In this document: positions 36,513 through 46,218 of the stretch, piece by piece
Layout: every line of letters begins with the position of its first letter
Numbering within the stretch: position 1 is the first letter of the stretch
NCBI GenBank assembly: GCA_023487865.1
Contig: JAMDBG010000088.1
Location: forward strand, 1-56,200
Length of the DNA: 56,200 nucleotides
Direction of reading: 5' to 3'
Source of the DNA: Deltaproteobacteria bacterium
GTDB taxonomy: Bacteria; Desulfobacterota; Syntrophia; Syntrophales; UBA5619
Position numbers and translations under genes: made by a program
The notes under the pieces: generated by a model
What the model was told of the DNA's origin: nothing
Seen by the model: the letters and a program-made list of their open reading frames with translations, nothing else
Databases searched by the model: none

Positions 36513-37889
36513 ATGGACATTAGCCAAAAACCCCGCGTAGTCGTGATCGGTGCCGGTTTTGGCGGTCTTTGGGCCGTTCGGACCCTGGCCGGGATGCCTT
36601 GTGATACCCTCGTTATGGATCGCAATAACTACCACACCTTTCTTGCACTCCTCTACCAAGTAGCTGCCGCCGAGTTGGAAGCGGAAGATATCGCATATCC
36701 CGTCCGCAGTATCTTAGAGAAATTCCCCTCTGTCGATTTTGCTTTAGCCCAGGCTCATCGCATCGATGTGGAAAGACGATTGGTGGAAACGGACAATCAG
36801 GCATTTCCATACGACTACCTGATTCTCGCCACAGGGAGTATCCCCCATACGTTTGGTATACCTGGAGTACGTGAGCACGCCTTTTTCCTCAAGACCCTTG
36901 AAGAAGGGGTCACTCTGAAGAACCATATCATTTGCTGTTTTGAAAGGGCATCCCGGCAGATCGATACGGAGGGAAGTGCGGGTATTTTGACGTTCGTCAT
37001 TGTAGGAGGCGGTGCCACGGGGGTTGAGTACGCAGGCGCCCTTACCGAGCTCATTCATGGACCTATCGTCGGTGATTATCGGAAGATCGATTTTCGTTCT
37101 GTTCGGATCATCCTTTTGGAAGGCTCAGACAGTCTGCTTGGCGGCATGCCGGAGTCTATTCGCTCCTATACGTTTGACAGGCTCAAAACAATGGGTGTGG
37201 AAGTGCGTTTAAGAACGAAGGTCGTGGAAGTCACTCCCGTATCGGTCATTCTGAATAGTGATGAGACTATTTCCACCCGGACCGTCGTCTGGACGGCCGG
37301 CGTGCAGGGGGAACCTCTGGCATCCCTTTCCGGCATACCTACCGGTCGTGACGGACGAGTGTCGGTCCTGCCTACACTGCAAATACCTGCTCACCCAGAA
37401 ATATACGTTGTCGGTGATCTCGCCAGTATCGACGCAAACGGACATGCACTGCCCATGGTTGCCCAGGTGGCCATACAATCTGCTGTTGTGGCTGCGCAGA
37501 ATATCGGACGGCAGATAGCCGGGTTTGAACCCCGCGATTTCCACTATCGTGACCGGGGTTCGATGATCACGATCGGCCGCAACTCCGCAGGTGTGGCCAT
37601 CGGTTCTCGCTCCTACACGGGTTTCTTTGCCTGGCTCCTTTGGCTGGTTATCCACCTTTTCAACTTGATCGGTTTCCGAAACCGGTTGATGGTTCTCATC
37701 AATTGGGCCTGGGACTATCTGCTCTACGAACGGGCTGTCCGTTTCGTTTTCCCTTCGGAAGCGCCCTCTTCTCCAAAATCGTCCTCTTGCACTAACAGCG
37801 GCAGCGGTGAAGCCGAGCGAAAAAAGTCGAACACAGGAAATCCGGAACGCCCTGCTGAAAGTCAGGACGTTCCCAAGACGGTATTCTGA
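36513..37889 (+). CDS. ndh: type II NADH dehydrogenase (NDH-2)
   Basis: 458-aa ORF with two dinucleotide folds (VVVIGAGFGG, VIVGGGATGVEYAG) and VVGD. Has a low-complexity Ser/Pro tail. Confidence 0.85.
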   Translation: MDISQKPRVVVIGAGFGGLWAVRTLAGMPCDTLVMDRNNYHTFLALLYQVAAAELEAEDIAYPVRSILEKFPSVDFALAQAHRIDVERRLVETDNQAFPYDYLILATGSIPHTFGIPGVREHAFFLKTLEEGVTLKNHIICCFERASRQIDTEGSAGILTFVIVGGGATGVEYAGALTELIHGPIVGDYRKIDFRSVRIILLEGSDSLLGGMPESIRSYTFDRLKTMGVEVRLRTKVVEVTPVSVILNSDETISTRTVVWTAGVQGEPLASLSGIPTGRDGRVSVLPTLQIPAHPEIYVVGDLASIDANGHALPMVAQVAIQSAVVAAQNIGRQIAGFEPRDFHYRDRGSMITIGRNSAGVAIGSRSYTGFFAWLLWLVIHLFNLIGFRNRLMVLINWAWDYLLYERAVRFVFPSEAPSSPKSSSCTNSGSGEAERKKSNTGNPERPAESQDVPKTVF

Positions 37890-37890
37890 T

Positions 37891-39345
37891 TTAGACAGAG
37901 AACTTTTTCTTGTGTTTCTGCTCGATCCCGCGAGTCACAAAGGTGAGTATCGCCGCTACAACCAAAAGGGCTGCCGCCATGATATACGCGTTGTCATAAT
38001 TTCCTGCCCCGGTGGTCTGCTTCGCCGCCTCGAACATCTTGCCGGCGATAAAAGAAAGCAAAAATCCTCCAACGCCCCATGCGGTGAACACAAGTCCATA
38101 GTTGACCCCGAAGTTCTTAAGCCCGAAGTTGTCCTTGGTTGCAGAGGGGAATACTGACAGGCATGCGCCGTAGTTAAATCCGATCAACATGGAGACAACA
38201 ATAAAGGCGACCATATCGGAAAGCCCTGTCCTTAGCACCATCATGAGGGCCGCCTGGAAAACAAAGATGATGAACATCGTCCAGAGCCGGCCTATCGCGT
38301 CGGAGAGCATCCCTGCAATAATGCGCCCTGATGCATTGCCTACCGCAAGGAGCGCTACGAGAATGAATCCCGCCTCAATCTTCCCGATCTTGGCAATCGT
38401 TGTGACCATGCTGATGATCATCAATCCTGCACCTGCCCCGAAGGTAAACATAACCCAGAGAAGGTAGAACAGAGGGGTTTTGAGCATCTCAACCGGCCCG
38501 ATATTTACCGCAGCGGCCGTGATGGCATTTGCTGAGTTTGCTTCAGGCGGTTTGTATCCGACCGGTGGTGGAGTGAGCAGCTGAGACAGGAGGGTAACGA
38601 CGATGAGGAATCCGATCCCGAATATAAGTAATGTCTTTTGGATGTTGGCCTCCTGGAGTGCGAGAAGTTGTCCCGCGGCAACCTGTGCCGCAGTCTCTTT
38701 TTCGGCAACGGTTTTCTGCAGTGCCAGTGCTTCAGCACCCTTGGCCGGATCTGATTTTGCCAAGTTCAAGTGACTCTGCGCTTCCTTGAGTGCGGTTTCG
38801 GCATCGGTTTTGGCAGTAATCATTCTCTCCATTACCGGCATCGGTTTCCCGCTGAGGTTGTAACCGGTAATATAATTGGCCAGCGGAGAAATGTATACCG
38901 AGGCCAGACCGAATCCTGCTACTACGATTCCGGCTATCAGACCGGTTTTCTTGGCCGAAAACCATTTCACGGCAGGGGGCGTGGCGGCAGCATAGCCCAA
39001 ACCGATTCCGGCACCAGCCAAGAGGCCAAAACCGATGACGTACCAGAGCACAGATGTCGCGAAGGATGCAATGATACAGCCGATCCCCGTCAAGACCCCT
39101 CCGGCAGTCGACACCCAGCGGGGCCCTATTCTATCCTGCAGGCGACCTGCGGGAACCGTCATGAGGGCAAAGGTGATACACGCAATCGAATAGGGAAGAG
39201 CCTTATCCGCGTCATCCCATCCCCACTCGGCAGGGATTGCTTTTTTAATGACACTCCAGCTATAAAGCACACCCAGTGCCAAATTAACACCCATCCCTGC
39301 AAAAGTCACAGTCCAACCCTTGTTCTTGACAACCATTTCTGTCAT
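37891..39345 (-). CDS. MFS transporter, oxalate/formate antiporter (OFA)-like
   Basis: Typical N-terminus WTVTFAGMGVNLALGVLYSWSV and block PAGRLQDRIGPR. Likely start is MTEMVV (ATG 39345, GAGAAGGAA upstream). The track ORF extends to 39396. Confidence 0.8.
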   Translation of the reverse strand: MTEMVVKNKGWTVTFAGMGVNLALGVLYSWSVIKKAIPAEWGWDDADKALPYSIACITFALMTVPAGRLQDRIGPRWVSTAGGVLTGIGCIIASFATSVLWYVIGFGLLAGAGIGLGYAAATPPAVKWFSAKKTGLIAGIVVAGFGLASVYISPLANYITGYNLSGKPMPVMERMITAKTDAETALKEAQSHLNLAKSDPAKGAEALALQKTVAEKETAAQVAAGQLLALQEANIQKTLLIFGIGFLIVVTLLSQLLTPPPVGYKPPEANSANAITAAAVNIGPVEMLKTPLFYLLWVMFTFGAGAGLMIISMVTTIAKIGKIEAGFILVALLAVGNASGRIIAGMLSDAIGRLWTMFIIFVFQAALMMVLRTGLSDMVAFIVVSMLIGFNYGACLSVFPSATKDNFGLKNFGVNYGLVFTAWGVGGFLLSFIAGKMFEAAKQTTGAGNYDNAYIMAAALLVVAAILTFVTRGIEQKHKKKFSV

Positions 39346-39589
39346 TTCCTTCTCACCTTTCATGCCGTATTGGATTGGTAAGTATGTCTGCCGCATATAA
39401 CGGTCGGGCCCGGCGATACCCGATGATGGTGCGGTATTTCCACGTCATGCATCTTTCAACAAAAAAGCATCGGTAAAAAATACGTACAAAATATCGGAAT
39501 CGAAAGTTTGTGCGCTTTCTTATTCCCGGTGATTCAAAATGTCAATCTGTATAATTTTTATATACTTCAGATGCGGTAGTTGTAAAACG

Positions 39590-39895
39590 TGGGTACTGTC
39601 CGATGCAATAATTTCCGCCGAGAATACCCTTCACAACCTTTTGCATAATGACCGATATATTCTTTGGGATCGCCTATTCCTGACTGACCTTGTGGTATAG
39701 GGTATGAGTATGGATCCCGGGATGGATGGATTGGAAGCCTGGCCGCGCATCCTCGATATCAGACCGGGGCAGAAGGCGATTATTGTGAGCGGTTTTTCCG
39801 AAACCGAGAGAGTCGGGAAATTCCAGGAATTCGGCGCGGACAACTATGTGCAGAAAACCTATATCATGGAAAGGATCGGGGTGGCAATCAGGGCA
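39590..39895 (+). pseudogene. decayed response-regulator receiver-domain remnant
   Basis: Frame of ORF 39704: ...SAENTLHNLLHND...DLVV-TAG(39698)-GMSMDPGMDGLEAWPRILDIRPGQKAIIVSGFSETERVGKFQEFGADNYVQKTYIMERIGVAIR. It matches the DLvvlDxxMPgmdG...K-P-box layout of receiver domains, but there is an in-frame stop and no Asp at the phospho-acceptor position, and no N-terminal acidic pocket. Confidence 0.5.
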
Positions 39896-40011
39896 CGAGT
39901 CGGTGACAAATCACCCGCCCTCTCCCGACCATCCCAAGATACAGGTTGTTCTGAGAAGATATCTCGATGTGGGAAACACAGACACGGGATGTTTCAACCA
40001 GCGCTTGCGGG

Positions 40012-40476
40012 CTATTCGTTGATCCGCGTCGTGAACTCAAGATGAACGCCGTCGGGCAGGACGACAAACTGAATTTTGTTGCCCTTGTTGGGACCCTGGT
40101 CCACCTCCATTGGATAAGGCGACAGGGTCTGGATTCGCTGGTCGTATTGTTTACACGCTCTAACCACCGCCTCTACATCATCAACCACGAAGGACAGGTG
40201 AAAATGTCCCATATCCACCATTCGGGGTCGATATTCATGCCGATCCGACGGACCGCTGTAATCTTGCAACTCCAGTGAATGCCCTGCACAGTCCATGTAG
40301 GCGATCATCACCTGAGTACCTGGAACGCCGGTGACAAATGACTGATTCCTGAGATCACGCGGCGCCTTGTCAATCAATTTGAATCCCAATACCTGCTGGA
40401 AAAAGCCGATGGTCCAGTCGAGATCGCCCACACATAATCCTGTGTGAAATATTCGCTTAATGGTAAAATCGGACAT
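40012..40476 (-). CDS. VOC (glyoxalase/bleomycin-resistance/dioxygenase) family protein
   Basis: IFHTGLCVGDLDWTIGFFQQVLGFKL and HLSFVVDD blocks. Start at MSDFT (ATG 40476), which has AAGGAG upstream. Confidence 0.75.
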   Translation of the reverse strand: MSDFTIKRIFHTGLCVGDLDWTIGFFQQVLGFKLIDKAPRDLRNQSFVTGVPGTQVMIAYMDCAGHSLELQDYSGPSDRHEYRPRMVDMGHFHLSFVVDDVEAVVRACKQYDQRIQTLSPYPMEVDQGPNKGNKIQFVVLPDGVHLEFTTRINE

Positions 40477-40489
40477 AGGTCTTTTCTCC

Positions 40490-42055
40490 TTATTTGTTAT
40501 TATTTCCATGTGTTATCCAAACTTGCGGAAGATCCATCCTGGCAAGTTCTTCAAAATGATGCTGCACTTCCGTGTAGAGTTTTTTGTACATAGGATATAA
40601 CCGATTGTAGGCGGCGTGCGCCTCTGTGTTTGGTTCAAACTCTTTTCCCGGAACCACTATGTTTTCTATGGCAGACGCGAGATCAGGATAGATGCCCTGG
40701 CTGATACCTGCCAGGACTGCCGCACCCAGCACTTCCGTGTGGCTTTGGGTAAGACTGACTACTTTCTTCCCCAGAATATCGGCGATGATCTGGTTCCAGA
40801 CCTTGCTTGTAGCGGCTGCACCGCCGATCCGCAACTCCTTAATGTCAATGCCATCATCGGTTTCAAGGAGTTCGATGACATGCCGGATGGCAAAGGAGGC
40901 CCCCTCCAATACCGACCGGAAAAAATCATTACGATTATGCCCCAGGGTGACTCCGAAAAATACCCCCCGCGCATAGGGATTCCAAATAGGGGTCCGCTCA
41001 CCGGAAATATAGGGGAGAAACAACAATCCCTTGCTTCCGGGAGGAGACTTGGCGGCTTGGTCGGTAATCAGGTCATATACATCCAGACCGCTAAAACCTG
41101 CGACCGTCTGCTCCATTTGGCAAAAGGTGTCCCGAATCCACCTCAATGACGAACCCACCCCGTTAACGGCACCGATATAGAGCCATAAGTCTGGAAGTAC
41201 ATGGGTACAGTTCATAAAACGACTGTCGAAATGAGACTTTCCCAACGGACCGGAAACCCTTGCCGCAGTCCCCATAATGACAAAGCATTCGCCTTGCTTG
41301 ATGACTCCGGATCCGATTGAGGCGCCGATGGTGTCCATGCAGCCGGCAATAACGGGAGTCCCTTGTTTTAGCCCGGTCAAATGCGCGGTTTCAGCAGTTA
41401 TCCTTCCGACCACCGCATCGGAGGGCTCCGGTTTGGGGAGCTTTTCCTCGGGAATATCAAGCGCAGCGAGGAAAGGCTGGTGCCATTTTTTTTTGCGAAT
41501 ATCAAAAAGCAATGTCGTTGAGGCTCGTGAATAGTCGATCGTGAACTCCCCGGTGAAACGGGCTACCAGGTACCCGCCGGGAACCATGAGTTTGTGCGCC
41601 GCTTTAAATGTTTCCGGTTCATGGTGTTTCAACCAGAGTAGAGTCGGTAGTGAATAAGCACCCGGGGCCACTGGATTTCCGGTGATCTTAAAAACCATAT
41701 CCGCATCCAGAATATTTCTGATTCGGTCGACTTCCGGCAGGGCGCGCTGATCCCAGAGCATGATCGCCGGTCTCAAGGGCTTTCCCTGGCGATCGACTGC
41801 GACGAGCCCATTGGTGCATCCGATGCCGACAGCCAAAATCTCGTCGGCAGGCACATCACGGACGGCTTCCCGAACCGCTTTAACCGTCGCCTTCCACCAC
41901 GCCTCGGCATCATGTTCGGCCTGCCCCGGCACGGTGCTGATCATTTGATACTCACCATAACCGGTTCCCACCAGTTTGCCTTCAATGGTGAAAACGCCAG
42001 CCTTGGAGCCGGTTCCCCCGATATCGATGCCCAGCAAATACGGACCGTGTTTCAT
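40490..42055 (-). CDS. FGGY-family carbohydrate kinase
   Basis: 521-aa ORF with LLGIDIGGTGSKAGVF, GCMDTIGASIG, and the C-terminal block RIGGAAATSKVWNQIIADILG. Confidence 0.85.
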   Translation of the reverse strand: MKHGPYLLGIDIGGTGSKAGVFTIEGKLVGTGYGEYQMISTVPGQAEHDAEAWWKATVKAVREAVRDVPADEILAVGIGCTNGLVAVDRQGKPLRPAIMLWDQRALPEVDRIRNILDADMVFKITGNPVAPGAYSLPTLLWLKHHEPETFKAAHKLMVPGGYLVARFTGEFTIDYSRASTTLLFDIRKKKWHQPFLAALDIPEEKLPKPEPSDAVVGRITAETAHLTGLKQGTPVIAGCMDTIGASIGSGVIKQGECFVIMGTAARVSGPLGKSHFDSRFMNCTHVLPDLWLYIGAVNGVGSSLRWIRDTFCQMEQTVAGFSGLDVYDLITDQAAKSPPGSKGLLFLPYISGERTPIWNPYARGVFFGVTLGHNRNDFFRSVLEGASFAIRHVIELLETDDGIDIKELRIGGAAATSKVWNQIIADILGKKVVSLTQSHTEVLGAAVLAGISQGIYPDLASAIENIVVPGKEFEPNTEAHAAYNRLYPMYKKLYTEVQHHFEELARMDLPQVWITHGNNNK

Positions 42056-42316
42056 GAATCACCATACCTCAAGTTGAATGACGGCCGTCAATGTCAACGG
42101 CGTTACCGACAGATGCTGAAAGGGTCGATGGGTGGATCCGTGAGCCATTGTACGATCTCCGGTGTGATTTGTCCGGAAGCGGTCAGTTTCCGGAGGATGC
42201 CTTCGTCCATGACATGAAAAAATAATCGATGTCGGGTCATTGTGAAGCGATCACATGATGGATGGATTCAATAACCAAACGCGTTGAGTGGATGAGCCCC
42301 AGGACCCGCATTTCTT

Positions 42317-43366
42317 TCAGCCCGCTTTTATCTCTCCGGTAATGGATTGGGTTTTGTTCTGTAATTTAAGATTGGCTGCAAGACGGCTGGCTGTCAGAAA
42401 GGCTCTGATGAGACCCTCGGGATTGGCCTTGCCCTGACCTGCAATGTCGAATGCCGAACCGTGAGCGGGTGTGGCAATCGCTATCGGCAGTCCTCCGTGT
42501 ACCGTGATGCCCCGGTCGAAACCCATCAGCTTGGTCGCGATTTGACCCTGGTCATGGTACATGGAGACGACTGCATGATAGTTTCCTTTTTTGATGCGCA
42601 GATAGATGGTGTCGGCCGGAAAGGGACCTTCGGCACTAATTCCTTCCGCCTTTGCCATTTCTATGGCCGGCGAGATGGCCTCTTTTTCTTCCGATCCAAA
42701 CATTCCCCCCTCGCCGGCATGCGGATTGAGCGCCGAGACCGCCAAACGCGGGTTTTTCACTCCAAAGGTTCGCAACACGCCGTCCATGAAGCGGATTGTG
42801 TTGTGGACATTTTCCCTGGTAATCAAGGCGCTGACCTGACTGATCCCGATGTGAGAGGTGACCCGTGTGGTCCAGAGATCATCCAACACATTCACCTCAC
42901 CGGGAATGTTCGGCCGGTTGAATTTGGCTTTGAAGAAGTCAAGCTCGCTATGATAGGGCAACCCCCCTAGGATCATCGCTTCCTTGTTAAAAGGAGCGAA
43001 TATAAATCCGTCAATTTTTTTGTCAATCGCGAGATCCAGCATGAAAGAGAGTGTATTGACGACCGCCTTGCCTGATTTGAGATTGACTTTTCCCAGGGTG
43101 ACTTCCTCATCGGAAATCGCAGGATAATCGTAAAAGAAAGGCTGGCCGATGGCGGACCCGGCAGATTCTATATGGTCCGTTAAAGTGACAGGCTGGAAAA
43201 GGCCGGCGATCTTCTGCCCCATCCGGAAAACACAGTGATCGCCAACAATCAGGACATTGGCCTGTTCGTAAATCTCAGGGCGGCTGATAAGTTTGGCAAC
43301 GATTTCCGGGCCGATACCCGAAGAATCCCCCAACAGGACGCCCAGCGTCGGTTTTTTTTTACTCAC
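42317..43366 (-). CDS. pdxA: PdxA-family NAD-dependent 4-phospho-hydroxyacid dehydrogenase (context suggests PdxA2-like, catabolic)
   Basis: 349-aa ORF with LGDSSGIGPEIV, LNPHAGEGG, MYHDQG and TPAHGSAFDIAGQGKANP. Confidence 0.8.
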   Translation of the reverse strand: MSKKKPTLGVLLGDSSGIGPEIVAKLISRPEIYEQANVLIVGDHCVFRMGQKIAGLFQPVTLTDHIESAGSAIGQPFFYDYPAISDEEVTLGKVNLKSGKAVVNTLSFMLDLAIDKKIDGFIFAPFNKEAMILGGLPYHSELDFFKAKFNRPNIPGEVNVLDDLWTTRVTSHIGISQVSALITRENVHNTIRFMDGVLRTFGVKNPRLAVSALNPHAGEGGMFGSEEKEAISPAIEMAKAEGISAEGPFPADTIYLRIKKGNYHAVVSMYHDQGQIATKLMGFDRGITVHGGLPIAIATPAHGSAFDIAGQGKANPEGLIRAFLTASRLAANLKLQNKTQSITGEIKAG

Positions 43367-43448
43367 GATCGTCTCCAGTCATAAAAGGTGCAAGATTTTT
43401 TTTGAAACCTGTTCTTCTGTACATTTGGCTGGATCATATCAACAGCCA

Positions 43449-44117
43449 TCACCGTTTATTCACTTTTTCATAGTCATCCAACTGGTTCATGACATGCCGC
43501 TTCATCAGGGCTACGGCTGACTCTTTATCGTGCAGTTTCATCGCATGAATGATTTCATCGTGGTGTCTGACATATAATTTTAATTTTTCCAAAGGAAGCC
43601 GCAGAACAAGTCGCAACAATTGGACCTTTGCGTCAAGTTTTTCATATATTTCATATAGATGACGGTTACCAGTACGCCGTGCGATTTCCAGATGTAAAAG
43701 GCTGTCTTTTTCAAAAGTGGAAGCAATATCGCCATCGGCAATCAATCCGTTGCATTCCTTTGCCAAAAGCTCAAGCTCTCGGAAATCCTTTTTTGTTCCA
43801 CAATCCGCCAACAGACTCACTGCCAGGGTTTCCAGCTGCGCTCTGATCACCGCAATTTGGCCTGCCTCCTGCGGTGCAAGTGAGACAACCTCCGCATGGG
43901 AACGGGGTTTTATTTGGATAAGACCGTATTCTTCCAGACGGTTCAAAGCTTCCCGGATGGGCGTCCTGCTGACGCCGAACTGCTGGGCAACCTTCTCTTC
44001 AGGGATCCTTTCTCCACCACGAATTACCCCGGACAATATCAAGCGCTTAACATAATGATAGACTTGATCCGAGAGGCTTTGACGATGAATTTCATACATA
44101 ATAACACTACATTTCAT
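43449..44117 (-). CDS. GntR-family transcriptional regulator (FadR/FCD subfamily)
   Basis: wHTH block VAQQFGVSRTPIREALNRLEEYGLI plus a helical FCD-like C-terminus. The alternative start ATG 44099 (MYEIH) would avoid the 11-nt overlap with tctA. Confidence 0.85.
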   Translation of the reverse strand: MKCSVIMYEIHRQSLSDQVYHYVKRLILSGVIRGGERIPEEKVAQQFGVSRTPIREALNRLEEYGLIQIKPRSHAEVVSLAPQEAGQIAVIRAQLETLAVSLLADCGTKKDFRELELLAKECNGLIADGDIASTFEKDSLLHLEIARRTGNRHLYEIYEKLDAKVQLLRLVLRLPLEKLKLYVRHHDEIIHAMKLHDKESAVALMKRHVMNQLDDYEKVNKR

Positions 44118-45624
44118 CCACGACAGGCAGTTCGAGAGCCTTTTTCCCCTTTGAGAACCGAGCGACCATCAGCGGCCATAAGAGTGAAACGGCAATGAGT
44201 GCGATAAGGATGATCGTGATCGGTCTCTCGAAGAAAATGACGAGACTCCCCTGCGACATCTTCAGGGCGAGTTTAAGGTTCTTTTCCATGATGGGCCCCA
44301 GCACAAGTGCGAGCAGCAGCGGTGCCGCCGGATAATCAAATTTGCGCATCAGGTAACCCACGATACCGAAGACGAACATGATCCAAAGATCGACATAACT
44401 TCCACCGACCGTGTAGGCGCCCAGTGATATGAACAAAAGGATGATCGGAATGAGGACCGGATAGGGTACCTTGAGTATTTTGATCCAGACACCGATCATG
44501 GGAAGGTTGAGGATCAGGAGCAGGACGTTGCCGATATACATGCTGGTTACGACACCCCAGAAAAAATCCGGCCTCTCCGTCAAAAGGAGCGGCCCGGGGC
44601 GTAATCCATACATCATCAATGCGCCCATCAGGATCGCCACCGTGGCAGAAGAGGGGATCCCCAGCGTCAACAGGGGCACGAGCGCTCCCCCGGTCGCGGC
44701 ATTGTTCGCCGTCTCTGCGGCACAGACGCCCTCTATCGCCCCATTCCCGAATCTCTCCGGTGTTTTGGATGCCTTCTTCTCGGCGGCGTATGCCATAAAG
44801 GCCGAAACCGTCGCCCCGGCCCCAGGCAGGGATCCGATCAGGAAACCGATGATTGTCGAACGAACGATCGTCCATCTGCAGGCCAGCCAGTCCGACTTGG
44901 TAGGCAAGAGAGAACCGATCTGTTCGGAATAGACGCTTTTTTTAAGCGATCCCTCAAGATTGATCAATATTTCGCCAAGGGCGAAAAGTCCCATGGCTAC
45001 GGAAACGAATCCGATACCGTCCAACAGATCCGGCCGACCAAAAGTAAAACGCTGGACGCCGGCCACCGGATCGAGACCCACGGTGCCGATCAGCATCCCC
45101 AGAAATCCCATCCCCAGACCTTTATAAAGGCTTTTACCCGCCAGTCGGGTCAGTGTGGCGAGTCCCAGCAACATGAGGGCGAAATATTCCGGAGGACCGA
45201 AAGAGAGGGCAAGTTTGGCTATGGGGGGAGCGATGAGCATCAGTCCAATGACGGAGAGTGTGCCGCCGAGAAAGGAGCCGATCGCCGACATGCCGAGGGC
45301 TGCGCCAGCCCTGCCCTGCCTTGCCATCTGGTAACCGTCAACCGCGGTCATGACGGAGGCCGATTCACCCGGTACGTTGATGAGGATGGATGTCGTGGAA
45401 CCGCCGTACATCGCACCGCAGTAAATACCCGCCAACATGATCGTCGCGGTGATGGAATCCATCCCGAATGTGATCGGGATGAGGATCGCAACCCCCGTTA
45501 CGGGACCAATCCCCGGCAGGACGCCGATCAGAGTGCCGGCCAGGACGCCGATGAAACAGTAGAGTAAATTAATCGGTTGCAGCGCAATACTGAATCCGAG
45601 GATAACATTTTGAATGATATCCAT
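44107..45624 (-). CDS. tctA: tripartite tricarboxylate transporter, large permease TctA
   Basis: 505-aa polytopic ORF with GVLPGIGPVTG and LPGAGATVSAF blocks. Confidence 0.9.
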   Translation of the reverse strand: MDIIQNVILGFSIALQPINLLYCFIGVLAGTLIGVLPGIGPVTGVAILIPITFGMDSITATIMLAGIYCGAMYGGSTTSILINVPGESASVMTAVDGYQMARQGRAGAALGMSAIGSFLGGTLSVIGLMLIAPPIAKLALSFGPPEYFALMLLGLATLTRLAGKSLYKGLGMGFLGMLIGTVGLDPVAGVQRFTFGRPDLLDGIGFVSVAMGLFALGEILINLEGSLKKSVYSEQIGSLLPTKSDWLACRWTIVRSTIIGFLIGSLPGAGATVSAFMAYAAEKKASKTPERFGNGAIEGVCAAETANNAATGGALVPLLTLGIPSSATVAILMGALMMYGLRPGPLLLTERPDFFWGVVTSMYIGNVLLLILNLPMIGVWIKILKVPYPVLIPIILLFISLGAYTVGGSYVDLWIMFVFGIVGYLMRKFDYPAAPLLLALVLGPIMEKNLKLALKMSQGSLVIFFERPITIILIALIAVSLLWPLMVARFSKGKKALELPVVDEM

Positions 45625-45680
45625 TTTGTGGGCATGACCTCCTTATCCGCAGTTGACCGGCATCGCGGTATGACTCCAGG

Positions 45681-46154
45681 CTAAAAATAGAACTCCAAAA
45701 GCCCCATCGGCAGAACAACCTTGAGCCAGATGACGAACAGGGCATAAGTTCCAATGGTGGCGATCAGGCTGATTGCGATATTGATGTGCCACGATACCTT
45801 CAGGTACCAGAGCAGGAATGTAAGGAAAATAAAGGTAACAATCAAATACCCGAGTGGTTCCAGCAGGAAATTGTAAAAAGCGGTAGCTCCGGCAACCACG
45901 GCAATCCGGATGGCGCCCGCTCGATCAGACGCAAACCAGCCCGGCATCCGGTTGGCCGGAGGCAGGGAACGGGCCTGAAATACGATGCCCGCCCCGCAGA
46001 TGGCCAATGCTATCGAGAGCAATGTCGGCATGAAGGACGGGCCGGCGAACTCTTTTGCGATAGTGCCCGGCAACAACTGCGCGGCCACTCCAAAGACGAG
46101 CGCCAGGACAATCAAAAACAGGCCGCTGATCGTATCGGCGGTTCTCTCTGTCAT
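45681..46154 (-). CDS. tctB: tripartite tricarboxylate transporter, small permease TctB
   Basis: 157-aa ORF with four hydrophobic helices, located between tctC and tctA. Confidence 0.7.
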   Translation of the reverse strand: MTERTADTISGLFLIVLALVFGVAAQLLPGTIAKEFAGPSFMPTLLSIALAICGAGIVFQARSLPPANRMPGWFASDRAGAIRIAVVAGATAFYNFLLEPLGYLIVTFIFLTFLLWYLKVSWHINIAISLIATIGTYALFVIWLKVVLPMGLLEFYF

Positions 46155-46218
46155 TTCTCCCCCTTGATACGGCGAAGGCGCAGTTCAATCCTGCGCCCTC
46201 GCTTAAGAAACAATTTTG

